Of a stretch of DNA of 64,000 bases, positions 36,773 through 48,425 are shown piece by piece; the first letter of the stretch is position 1; each line of letters opens with the position of its first letter. The DNA is taken from assembly GCF_001194135.2 (NCBI RefSeq), contig NC_068990.1:69433860-69497859 (forward strand), given 5' to 3'. The translations under genes were made by a program, and so were the position numbers. The notes beneath the pieces were generated by a model. The model was not told the DNA's origin. It made no database searches and saw nothing but the letters and a program-made list of their open reading frames with translations. This DNA comes from Octopus bimaculoides. Lineage: Eukaryota.

Positions 36773-37538
36773 GTAGGGTGTTCACTTTCACTTTACATTT
36801 GATGTTTCAGCATTATTGTTTATGTGTCTACTTTGCATAAGTTAAATGATTTAGAAAATTTGACCTTAACATTAAAACACACACACACAAAAAAAACGAT
36901 AATAATAAATGAGTGGAAATTGAACCAGTGAGTGTCTTAGATATTAAGGCAGTATGACTCTTCCCAAACACAACAAAATTATTATATAGATATCTCATTA
37001 TTTTATGAGTTAAATTTTTGAAGTATTTAATTAAATATTATTAAATGATTTATGAATCATTTAGCCTACACCAAAGTGTAGCTTTCAGCTCTCAGTAAAA
37101 GCCAATTAATTTTAGCATGATAATATCTACAAATTAAAGTTAAGTGTGTGTGTGTGTGTGTGAAAGAGAGAGAGAGAGAATGTTTGCATTTACACTTTCG
37201 TGAAAAATTACTGAGCCTCAACGGTGACCTCCATTTATGTTTCAAGGCACCGACCTTTCAAATTAAAGTGAAATGAAAACTTTACATGAAAACCGGGAAG
37301 GACATCTAGTTGTAAAATATAGCCTCAATTATACATCTTCATCTCAACCATGCTAGCATGAAAAAATGGCATTAAACAGATGAGCAAAAGGACATAGTTT
37401 TCTAATTTTGTTATTATTCGCTGTATAATTCATAATTATTGTGCAAACTATAGTGAAGTTGTTTACTTAACTTTTTTTTCCCAATACTGATTCATGTTCC
37501 AGTCTAAAACATCATTCTTCTCATTTCAAATTTATGTA

Positions 37539-37755
37539 TGAGGGGGTGCTGGAAAGTTCCTAGCTTTTGGTAAAAGTAAATACAGGAGGATCAGCTAATG
37601 ATGATTTTATTCAACATATTCCCCTCTCAGATTCACACACTAATTGCAGCAGTCCTTCAATTTTTCTAAGTCCTGTAAAAGAACTCAGAAGGTTGGGCCT
37701 CCAACCAGGCCTTTCACAATACCCTTAAAGCTAGGAACTTTTCAGCACCCACTCA
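37539..37755. mobile_element. Tc1/mariner-type MITE, 217 bp
   Basis: 29-bp TIRs with 2 mismatches (TGAGGGGGTGCTGGAAAGTTCCTAGCTTT); TA at 37537-38 and 37756-57. Confidence 0.9.
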
Positions 37756-37993
37756 TAATTAAAATGTCAGTCTCTCTTTTTGTTGTACATTTGGCATTAA
37801 GAAGGACATCAGTGCTCTGATAATCCTCTGGTAAATTCTAAGATTTACTACTATATCCAACCCATGTTATCAAAATACATTTTGTAAAAGTTTCATTATA
37901 ATTAATACCAATTAGAAGTTTATTTAATTCATATTTGATATTTTTTTTACATGTCTGATATGTAAAATATTTTCTATTTATTATTTGATGTAG

Positions 37994-38109
37994 TTTAACT
38001 GCTCAGGAATCTGCCCATCATCTAAGCCACATTCTATCGTAGAGAGTGAAGTGAGAAATGCTCTATTGTGTGTTGATGATACACATCCTGTGATTGTTAG
38101 TAAAATACA
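37994..38109 (+). CDS. EGFR: EGFR exon 14, last cysteine module (absent from ORF track)
   Basis: tag|TTT...CA|gtaag; FNCSGICPSSKPHSIVESEVRNALLCVDDTHPVIVSKI; phase 0-2 links exon 13 to the TM exon. Confidence 0.85.
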
Positions 38110-39213
38110 GTAAGTTTTTTATTAGTTATATCCCATTACAGGATGCACAAATATATATTTATGTATACATCTGCAAACACATAAGCTTAATCCCTTATAC
38201 ACCATGAAAAGCAGGTAACTGGCATTATGAGTCCTTGGGCTCATAAAAAAGAAAGAAATGTTGGTATTCAATAGTGAGCTCACTGGAGAAATCTAATCAG
38301 TGCAGCAGTAAATAAGTGACAGTCAGTTCACTGGTGCAGCTGTCTCTTTCCTTCAGCTTCATATTCTAGTTGTTGCACTGGGTCGCAGATGTAGGGCATG
38401 GAGTCAAGAGGGTATCTATGTCCACTCCAGACTACATTGACACATAAAAAAGAATTAGCAAATCATGGGTTCATGTTAGCAAGTCACACTCTCTTGTGAG
38501 TGGCTGCTGTGGTTTTATTTTGTTCTATCTTTGTGAGAATTAAAATAAAAAAAGAAGCTTGAAGTGTTGGTAGTTATCAAATCCATGGAAACGAAAATGC
38601 TTTCAGCTGAATAGTAGCAGTTTTTCTAATAAAAGAGTGTATGGAAATGTCTCATGCAAGGTTTTAATGAGATAAATGAATTGTGATTGTTTTGGAAGTT
38701 GTACAAAATAACCTGGAAGTTGTCCAAAATGAATAGAAAGTGCAATCAACATCTCTGAATTGCAGAATCAACAGAAAACTCAGAGAGAAAATAGATCAAA
38801 ATTATGAGCCAGGAGTTGTGTATTTTACATTAAAAGATGGCCATCTTATGTGAATTCATTGTAAAATGTTAATAATCCAATGAGAATATACTTTCTGATA
38901 AGTAGACTTGTACCTTGTAGAGGGCCTAGAGTGCCAGCAGATCAAATAAGAAATAATTTAGGGTGTGTGGGATAAAACTAAGTTAACTTTCTTACATCGT
39001 TTCTTTCATTTACAAACTATACAGTAAATGGGGAAGCACGGCTGCTAGTTTCTCAACCACATGGTTTCAGGTTCAGTCTTACTGCATAGCACTATGGGCA
39101 ACTGTCTTCTGTTATAGCATAACACTAGGCCAGCCAAAGCCTTTATGAGTGGAATTGGTAGTCAGAAACTGAAAGTAACCCATTACACACACATACTCAC
39201 ACATACACGCTAA

Positions 39214-39666
39214 TAACGATTTCAAATTTTGGTACAAGGCCAGCAATTTCAGGGTAGGGGTAAGTTGATTACATCAACTCCAGTGTTCAACGGGTACTTA
39301 TTTTATCGACCTCAAAAAGATGAAAGGCAAAGTCAAATCTAGCGGCATTTGAACTCTGAAAGTAAAATCGGAAGAAATGCTGCTAAGCACTTTTCCCAAC
39401 GATTCTGCCAGCTCACCGCCTTACACTCACACACATAATAATGATAATGATAATAATCTTTTCTACTCTCGGCACAAGGCCCGAAATTTTTAGGGAGGGG
39501 GCCAGTCTATTAGACCGACTCCAGTACACAACTGGTACTTAATTTATCGACCCTGAAAGGATGAAAGGCAAAGTCGACGGAATTTGAACTCAGAACATAA
39601 AGACAGACGAAATACTGCTCAGCATTTTGCCCAGCATGCTAACAATTCTGCCTGCTCGCCACCTTG
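39214..39666 (-). mobile_element. two tandem SINE family A copies (39214-39422, 39455-39666)
   Basis: Each has the family A head and central block; separated by (AAT/GAT)n. Confidence 0.78.
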
Positions 39667-40075
39667 ATAATGATAATAATACTTATGTAGCTATTTGTAT
39701 GTGCATGTTTTTGTATCTCCTTGTCTTGACATAGTATGATAGTTGTAAATGAGCGTCACTGTTATACAAGCAGTGTCATTCATTTTTTATTTTTTGTGAA
39801 AACAAGTCTGGCCATGAAGTAATAGAGCATTGGGGACCAGTAGGACATCCAGTTGTAGAAAATCTGCATCAATAAACTCATTTAACTATGGAAAAGTGGA
39901 TGATTAAAATAGTGATGATATTGATGATTTAATTTTCTGATGAGCAAATTTATTGATTGATTTAACTGGGAAACCTTCACCTGTCAAATTTCAGTGAATG
40001 ACTTTTGATTCTGTTTCTATCATTTTTTCCCCATTTTCCTTGATTACTTAGAATATTTTTTTCTATTCTTTCCAG

Positions 40076-40238
40076 AGAAAAAGAGAAGAAAACCAATGCC
40101 ATTGCTATTGTAACAAGTGTTGTGACTGTGATCATTTTAGTTATTCTTTTAATAATATACTACTACTGTAGACGAGCTCGAGAAATAGCAACTGTTAACA
40201 AACTAAATGCTGCAATGATGGGTTATGATGAAAACGAG
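40076..40238 (+). CDS. EGFR: EGFR exon 15, transmembrane helix and juxtamembrane
   Basis: cag|A...GAG|gttgg; EKEKKTN-AIAIVTSVVTVIILVILLIIYYY-CRRAREIATVNKLNAAMMGYDENE; phase 2-0. Confidence 0.92.
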
Positions 40239-40522
40239 GTTGGCATCTTGATATTTTATTTAACCGTTGTCAATTAAAAATTTTCCAAGGACTTTTGTTC
40301 CAAGTTTGGCTGAGTCATTATTTGTTATTTTAATTTATGTTTATAAAATTAGATATAATCCTGGTTGAGGATTATCTTGATTGTTTATGAAATTTAATAT
40401 AATTCCTAGTTAAGGATTATCTTGACAGTTTATGAAAATTAAAATAATCCCAAATATAAACTTCTTACCTAAACAGTTATGTCCCAAAGATTTTAAATTT
40501 AGTTTTGTCTTGGATATTTCAG

Positions 40523-40636
40523 CCTCTCAATCCAACTAGTGCAAAACCAAATTTGGCTAAACTTCGATTAATTAAAGAATCTGAACTTAGAAAAGGTGGC
40601 ATAATTGGATCTGGAGCATTTGGAACTGTCTATAAG
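40523..40636 (+). CDS. EGFR: EGFR exon 16, JM-B and kinase P-loop
   Basis: cag|CCT...AAG|gtgag; PLNPTSAKPNLAKLRLIKESELRKGGIIGSGAFGTVYK. Confidence 0.96.
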
Positions 40637-40899
40637 GTGAGTTATGGGGGAAAAAAATCAAATTCTATTCATTCATACTACTTTTAGAATAGAGTGTTTT
40701 CAAAACAGTATGGTTATAAAGTTAAGAGATGCTCTTCCCAAACATGGTTCAATACATATATATTTATATTTATATATAATAATAGTAATAAAACAGATGA
40801 ATGGATGTTATGGTATATCTACAAATGTTTCACGAAAGTTTTTTGTGACATAGGCCGAGTATGAAAGAGTGATAACTTCATATTAATAACTGCATTGTT

Positions 40900-41600
40900 T
40901 CTTCTCAGGTAAACTGACATCTGACTGTTCAAGGAAGACTTCAAAAGTAACCATTTGTGACTTATCTTGAAATGGACAAAATTTGGCATTGTTGTGATAT
41001 CAAATACTTGCAGAAAACGGCTTTAGTGCCCAAGGACATTCATGCTGATATGGTTACTACATCAGGAGATGACACTCCAGCTTTATGTGCAAAAGTGGAC
41101 ATCTGAATTTAGGTGGAAGGCAGAGTCTTGAAGATGACACAAGATCTGAATGTCCTGCAACTACCACCACCGAGGAAAACATTGATTGTATTCACCACAT
41201 GGTGATGGGTAACATGCAATTGACTATAAATCAAATAGCCAATGCTGTTAACATATCCTGGAAGAGAATTGAGAATCTTCTGGTTAATCAACTTGGGGTG
41301 ACGAAAGTTTCTGTTTTGGAGGGTACCATGTCTTCTGACACCTGATCAAAAAGTACACCAGGCTGATGACATCCTGGGAAAATCTGACATTGAGGCAGAT
41401 CCAGCTGGTTCCTCAAACATTTCCTACGTTAGGATGAGTGTTGGGTTCTTCACTTTGAGCTAGAGACAAAGAGCGAATCCATACAGTGGAAACACTCCTC
41501 CTCACCTGCAACAAAGAAGGCTATGGTCAGTTCATCTGCAGAGAAAGTGAGGGCCTCAGTTTTTTCAGATGCAAAAAGCATTGTGTATCTTCAAAAGGCC
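40900..41600 (+). mobile_element. mariner (irritans-like) transposase pseudogene fragment
   Basis: MDKIWH...IKYL...KDIHADMVTT...GRQSLEDDTRSECPATTTTEENI...LTINQIA; truncated by a SINE at about 41602. Confidence 0.8.
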
Positions 41601-41601
41601 A

Positions 41602-41949
41602 CAAGCATCTTCTACTATAGCCTTGGGCCGACCAAAGCCTTGTGAGTGGATTTGGCAGGCAGAAACTGAAAGAAGCCCACCATATGTATATATATATATA
41701 TATACATGCACATATATATATATATAATGTATGTGTGTGTATATGCTTATTTATGTGCTTGTCCCCCCCAACATGCTTGACAACTGATGCTGGTGTGTTT
41801 ACATCCCCATAACTTAGTGGTTTGGCAAAAGAGACCGATAGAATAAGTACTAGGCTTACAAAGAATAAGTCCTGGGGTCGATTTGACCGACTAAAGGTGG
41901 TGCTCCAGCATAGCCACAGTCAAATGACTGAAACAAGTAAAAGAGTAAT
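41602..41949 (+). mobile_element. SINE family B, 5'-truncated
   Basis: Starts at the TCTTCTACTATAGCC block; young 3' half. Confidence 0.8.
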
Positions 41950-42368
41950 ATGTATCCATAGTTATTGTTGTGTGTAAATCAAAATACACATTAAAATTGA
42001 GGATTATGGAAATATTTGCAGAGTTGTTGAATAAACAAAACAGGAAATTGGAAAATTTTTCGTATTATTTATTCTCCATTGCACATGTTTCATTTTTTTA
42101 GGGATCACAAAGATTTATGTGTTATATAGATATTTAAAGAATTTCATCTCAAATTCTCTGCTAATGAGTAGGAGTAGTTGGGGAGCATTATAACCATGTG
42201 TTGAGAGGGATTTTTTTGAGGTTTGAATAAAATTAACAAAAGCAAAGTTTGAAAGAAATGTTAGTTATACTTTCTAGGGATAAGCAAATAGGAAATAACA
42301 GTTGCTACCCAAGAGCAAAAATCATGTTACACAGTGTTGTTTATTGTATATATATATATGTACATCAT

Positions 42369-42742
42369 GAAGGCGCAATGGCCCAATGGTTAGGGCAGCG
42401 AACACGCGGTCATAGGATCGCAGATTCGATTCCCAGACCGGGCGTTGTGAGTGTTTATTGAGCGAAAACACCTAAAGCTCCACGAGGCTCTGGCAGGGGA
42501 TGGTGGCGAACCCTGCTGTACTCTTCCACCACAACTTTCTCTCACTCTTACTTCCTGTTTCTGTTGTACCTGTAATTCAAAGGGCAAGCCTTGTCACACT
42601 CTGTGTCACGCTGAATATCCCCGAGAACTATGTTAAGGGTACACGTGTCTGTGGAGTGCTCAGCCACTTGCACGTTAATTTCACGAGCAGGCTGTTCCAT
42701 TGATCGGATCAACTGGAACCCTCGACGGAGTGCCAACAACAA
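42369..42742 (+). mobile_element. young SINE with distinct tRNA-like head and family C tail
   Basis: Head GGCGCAATGGCCCAATGGTTAGGGC...GATTCGATTCCC; 3' half matches about 55628-55808. Confidence 0.8.
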
Positions 42743-43071
42743 CAATATATGTACATCATCATCATTATCACAACCACCATCACCACCATTATTTAACATC
42801 CATTATCAATGCTTGTATGGGTTGGATGGTTTGACTGGTGAGCTAGACAGCTGCACCAGACTCTATTGTCTGTTTTGGCATGGTTTCTACAGCTGGATGC
42901 CCTTCCTAATGACAACCACTTTATAGAGTGTATCGAGTGCTTTTTACATGGCACCACCACCAGCAAGGTCACCAAGTAACTTGTAAGACAAAGACCCCTG
43001 ACTGGGAGGGGGAGTAGTATTGTGGGAAGTGGCTTTGTGCCAGGTGTTGAGAGGTTAAAGTATAATAAAGA

Positions 43072-43380
43072 TTCCCTTCGGTCATGAATGGCTATGGGAT
43101 TGCAAGTAGAAAGTTACCCTCTAAAGCACGAGTCTGGGCAATGTTGTTTATGGAAGACCAGTAGTTGCCCATGCCTACCATGCATACCAGCCTCCCTTCT
43201 CCATGCCACCAATGTTATCCAAGGGAAAGGCAAAAGCTGATACAGTTTGGCACCAGTGACGTCGCAGCTCATTTCTACAGCTGAATGAACTGAATAAGAG
43301 TCTTGCTCAAGAACACAACACACAGCCTGGTCCAGGAATCAAACTCACTACCTCATGAGTGCTCTAACCACTGAACCACT
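43072..43380 (-). mobile_element. SINE family D
   Basis: Homologous to 56590-56934. Confidence 0.75.
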
Positions 43381-43688
43381 TAATGTATAATAGAGGGATA
43401 GAAATAGGTGTCTTGCTATTGAGAAAGCACTTGGCTACTCCAGTTAGAAAAGAAAGGAAAATAGAGATATAGAGAAAGATATACAGACAGAGCAAGAGAG
43501 ATGGGGACAGATAGTGTTGGAGATGTGTTGGGGTATACCTACAAGGTACATTGGGAGTGAATATAAGTGGTACAGAGGATTGACAGGGTGAGTAGGTAAC
43601 TAAATATCACCATATACCAGGATCTATGTTTATATAGATATATTGACTCAGTGACTGAATTGATTTAATTGCTTTTGGTTTCTTAAAG

Positions 43689-43973
43689 GGATTTTGGATT
43701 CCTGATGGAGAAAATGTGAAGATTCCTGTTGCAATCAAAGTTCTCCAAGAAGGAACATCACCAAGCCAGAATAAGGAACTGTTAGAGGAAGCTCGAGTAA
43801 TGTGCTCAGTTGATCAGCAATGTTGTATCAGAATATTAGCTGTGTGTATGACTGCTCAGATGATGTTGATTACACCCCTCATGCCCCTCGGATGTCTGCT
43901 CGATTATATCCGCAAACATCAGAAAGCTATAGGATCTAAAGTTCTTCTCAACTGGTGTACACAGATTGCTAAG
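43689..43973 (+). CDS. EGFR: EGFR exon 17, kinase VAIK, alphaC, hinge
   Basis: aag|GGA...AAG|gtaag; [19 protein letters not shown]...ELLEEARVM...[14 protein letters not shown]...[10 protein letters not shown]. Confidence 0.96.
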
Positions 43974-44085
43974 GTAAGAATTTTCTTTTGTGATATTGTT
44001 TCCAGATAAATTTCTTGAGTTTTAAAGGTACCAATACTTGCTTCAAGACACTAGCAATTATTTTAATATTAATTAGAGTTATTAG

Positions 44086-44300
44086 GGTGGTGAGTTGGCA
44101 GAATCTTTAGCACTAAGGGCAAAATGCTTAGTGGCATTTCATCCGTCTTTATGTTCTGAGTTCAAATCTCCTGAGGTTGACTTTGCCTCTCATCCTTTCG
44201 TGGTCAATAAAATAAATACCAGCTAAGCATTGGAGTCATTATAATTGACTTACCCACCACCCTTGAAAGTTACTGGCCTTGTGCCAAAATGTGAAATCAA
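44086..44300 (+). mobile_element. SINE family A
   Basis: GGTGGTGAGTTGGCAGAATC head and central block. Confidence 0.72.
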
Positions 44301-44439
44301 TATTAATTAGTTACTAGCAAATATTTCTTTTGCTTCAAACACATGGTGGGTTCTGGTGGTCAGTTATTGTAATGGAGATAATCATTTCTAGATAAATCTT
44401 GATGGGATTAAAATAAGTACTTAGAGTTTAGCCATAGAG

Positions 44440-44800
44440 ATGTAATCATGGCTGTGTGGTTAACAAGCTTGCTTTGTAACCATGTGCTTTATGTGTTTTG
44501 GGTCCAGTCTCTCTGCACAGCCCTTTGTACGATAGACCAGGGCTGACCAATGCCTTGGGACAGGATTTTGCAGATGGAAACTGTGTGGAAGTCCATTATA
44601 CATGTGTGTATCTTTGTGTTTGTGTTTGCCCCACCACCACTTGACAACTGGTACTGGTTTATTTACATCCCTTTAATTTAGTGATTTGGCAAAAGAGACA
44701 GAATAAGTCCTGGGGTCAGTTTGCTTGATTAAATTCTTCGAGGTGATGCACCAGCATGACCACTGTCCAGTGACCAAAACATGTATAAGATAAAATATGA
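44440..44800 (+). mobile_element. SINE family B, diverged
   Basis: ATGGCTGTGTGGTTAACAAGCTTGC head and family B body. Confidence 0.7.
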
Positions 44801-45122
44801 AAGAGTGCATATTATGTACACACCATTGAAGTCAGTTGCCATGGTTTCCTATCCAGATGAGGCACTATATCTTGCAGAAAATTGATTTGGAATCCAAACC
44901 ATTAAAGACAGCCATTGGGGTGACAACCATGGCAGTTCAAGGTATTTGTGGTTGGCAAGAGATTATAGATGGAACTCTTCTTTGATACACCTTTCAGGTG
45001 AATCATAACTGCTAAGAGATTAAATGCTTATGACCCCGAAGTACTGGCTGATGATATAGAAGGGTTTCCAACATTGTAATAGTTTCAGTGACTATCAGGA
45101 AAAGAGTTGGAAATATATTTAA

Positions 45123-45345
45123 CCCTTTCGCTACTGTATTTATCTTGAGATGCTCTGTGTTTCTTTCAATTACTTTAAATATAACAAAGAATTTAGTAAA
45201 ATAACTTGATTACCATTAAGCTAGTAGTGTTAGGAATATAAACTGTGACTAAGGTTTGGTGGAAGATTTTAATTCAAAACTTATGAAAACAAGACATTTG
45301 TACTCAGAGCCAGAGGCAGTTTCAGCCAGGTTGGTAACAAAAGGA
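45123..45345. mobile_element. TTAA-flanked MITE
   Basis: TTAA|CCCTTTCGCTAC ... GTAACAAAAGGA|TTAA. Confidence 0.75.
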
Positions 45346-45438
45346 TTAAGTAACTTCTGTTGTTTCTTTTTGGAGTAAAGCATCTCTATATTTTGGGGTA
45401 TTTACATCCATATATTTTATGTTTATTGTTTGTTTCAG

Positions 45439-45502
45439 GGTATGGCTTATTTAGAAGGCAGAGCCATTGTTCACAGGGATTTAGCAGCTAGGAATGTTTT
45501 AT
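45439..45502 (+). CDS. EGFR: EGFR exon 18, catalytic loop
   Basis: cag|GGT...T|gtaag; GMAYLEGRAIVHRDLAARNVL; phase 0-1. Confidence 0.95.
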
Positions 45503-45786
45503 GTAAGTATGGTAACTCCTCTGTAAATTTAAGCCATTAATTGGAATGCTAAATTCCATCATAGTCACAATTAAAATATGTATGATACTTTAATAAAATT
45601 TCATGTCACTTTACTGTAGGTCTGTCCACTAATATTGGCTAAACACTGTTTTAAGATTTTAAAATGACAAAATCATTTAAGTATGGAAATACAAAAAAAT
45701 TCATTTCATATACATTGACATTTTCAAATTACTAGAAATCACTGAATCATGTTTGAACTGCTTATCCTTCATTGTATTTCCCTTAA

Positions 45787-46004
45787 CCCCTTGTAGATGG
45801 AAAGTGGTACTGACTGCATCAAAACACTGTATGCGAGCAGTGTGATGTCTTGTACTGTGCAGCACCATGTTTTCAAATATACCACCCTTACAAGAATCTA
45901 TAAATACACTGTAAAATTCCTTGTATGAAAAGTTATGTTGTTATTGTATGGCCTAATACCAGTACATAGCACAGACTGTCAGTACTAAATCCGTGTGCAA
46001 GGGG
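45787..46004. mobile_element. TTAA-flanked MITE with perfect CCCCTTG TIR
   Basis: TTAA|CCCCTTG ... CAAGGGG|TTAA; subterminal GTACTGAC at both ends. Confidence 0.8.
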
Positions 46005-46374
46005 TTAATCATATCATTGCACTATGTTTCATATTGTACCTACAAAGCCTTCCCCTACTTCTGCCAGAACCTGATTTCACATATTGAAAATCTGTACAGC
46101 TCCTAAGATCTCCTCATATAATACAGATATGTTAAACATATAGGTGCTACACATCTAGACATTCTCTGGGTCACCACCTGTCATATCATATTTTTTCTCT
46201 TATATTGTACCTTAACAATATTATATCTCATTTCTTATATATTGTCTCATAATGAATTCACCTCCTGTTTTCTTTGTCTTCTTTGCAACACAAACCTTTT
46301 ATTATTGACATACCTTATAATATAAATATGACTCAAAATGTCATGTTGCAAATGGGTGGGTTGCATGGTTGGAA

Positions 46375-47190
46375 TGGTGATCTTCAGCTTTATGTTAACA
46401 TCCGCTGGGCAGCTAATTTCCACAACTGTTCACAGTTTCTCTGCTCTATCCCAAATTGTTATATCAGGTCTGTTGTGCTTACATTTTATTGAGTCTTCAC
46501 TGAAACATTCCACCAGTACTTCTTTTTATAATGAGTGGTTATGGCTTCTACCATACTGTGGGTTTTTATTTCTTTGTCCGCAGGGGTCAGTCTTCCGATG
46601 GATTTCATTATAGTGTCCTAGCTACAACATTATGTCTCATCGGTAGATAATACTATGATGACATTTTCAGACAACTACTTATGATGTAGGTGATATCTCT
46701 GATGTGTTAACTCCACAAAGTCTGCACCAGTTGTCACATTTTACTGCTTTTCCTGCATCTCTATCCTTTTGTGCATCAGGTACTTGGTTGATATTTCCTG
46801 CTCCTGGATTGCAAACACATACCACTTCAAAGTGGGAGGTAGTAATCTGGCTATTGGTCCATGATAGACTGCTTTCATGATCAATGTTACTATCATCTCA
46901 GAGCTTTCTACTAATATATCCATGGATAGTCTTCTGCTCATATAAGCTCATCCATTCATATGATGATATGTTGCTGTAGAGTCATGTAACTTCTTTGGGC
47001 ATGTATTCTAGATTATCAGACAAAGAATCTTGCTCAAGAAGCTGCCTTCTAAGTCTTATGATGTTATCAGCTTCATGCATGCAAACTTGGTTGAGGGATA
47101 GACTTCAACAATTGGTGGTTAAAAGATGTCATCAAAGCGATAATGATATGACATTCAAAGGGATTTTGGATCGATGTTAAGCTTCTGCCA
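46375..47190 (-). mobile_element. R4/Dong-like LINE fragment, divergent lineage (CCHC and RLE)
   Basis: Minus strand YVFAIQEQEISTKYL, CDNWCRLCG...IISSC...YLPMRHNVVA, KYWWN...KHNRPDITIWDR...VVEISCPADVNI. Confidence 0.8.
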
Positions 47191-47367
47191 TCTTGTTTTC
47201 ATTTTAGGTGGAGGCGGTCAAATATGCATGTAGGTACTTATGCAAGCATGTATGTATGTTTGTATGTATGGAGGCATGCATGTATGTACATACAGATGTG
47301 TGTAATATATGAGTAATTATAAGTTATATTTCATATTTTCAATGTTTCGCTTGTTTTTGTGTTTCAG

Positions 47368-47459
47368 TGCAAACTCCTAATCAAATAAGGATTACAGACT
47401 TTGGTTTAGCCAAATTACTCGACTATAATGAAGAAGAATACATAGCTGCTGGTGGCAAA
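47368..47459 (+). CDS. EGFR: EGFR exon 19, DFG and activation loop
   Basis: cag|TG...AAA|gtgag; (L)QTPNQIRITDFGLAKLLDYNEEEYIAAGGK; phase 1-0. Confidence 0.95.
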
Positions 47460-48189
47460 GTGAGTCTCAATTATTGATTTATTGATCTTTCTAATTACTG
47501 TGTCTTTAAAGAAATTTACCCACTGTTTATATCCTACCTACTTTATCAGTCTTTCTCTGGCCCTCTCTCTTTTTCACTTTCCTCATCTCTCTCTTCCCCC
47601 TTCTCTCTCTCAAGTTGGTATTTTGTAGTTGTGGGTTGAGTTTCTGACCTTTTGAACAAAATCCTTCTGTGGAGGATGAGAGATTGGATGGATTAGAGAA
47701 TTCCAGGAAATACCGATTGCAGTTGTTGCAATCATTGAAGTAAAAAACCGAGCAAGGAATGGCTAAAACAGAGATGTATCTATAACATTCCATTGCATTT
47801 GTAGAAGATCTTTGAAAGTTGATGGCCTTTAAAAGTAAGACAAAAGGAACATTGTAATATTTTAGTGAGAAGAGACACATCAGAGTCAAAAATGGTTAAC
47901 TACATAGGAAGGCCAAAAGGAAGTTCAGTGACTGTTATGGGATGAAATTGGCATAACTGGAAGTGAACCACAGTAGAAAACAAGACAAAATCAAAAAATG
48001 TGATGCATACATTTCTTGTTGATAACCCAATCAGTGAATTCAATGGTTTTGCTGAAAGATCAATATAAATAACCTAAAAATGTAACTTTGCATGTACATG
48101 TATCAGCGGCATAGTGGATAAGAGTGTTATTATCCCCAGTTTATAAACGCAGGTTCCAAGTTCAAATACAGTCTAGTACCATGTACATA

Positions 48190-48425
48190 ACTGGCACACT
48201 GTCAGTTACGACAAGGGTTCCAGTTGATCTGATCAACAGAACAGCCTGCTCCTGAAATTAACATGCAAGTGGCTCAGCACTCCACAGACATGCATATCTT
48301 TAACATAGTTCTCAAGAAGATTCAGAATGACACAGAATATGACTAGGATGGCTCTTTGAAATATCAGTACCACTCGTTTTTGTCAGCTTTGTGGACTAAA
48401 ACAGCATGAAATAAAGTATCTAAGT
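48190..48425 (-). mobile_element. SINE family C, 3' portion
   Basis: GAACAGCCTGCTC...GTGGCTCAGCACTCCACAGAC block. Confidence 0.68.
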
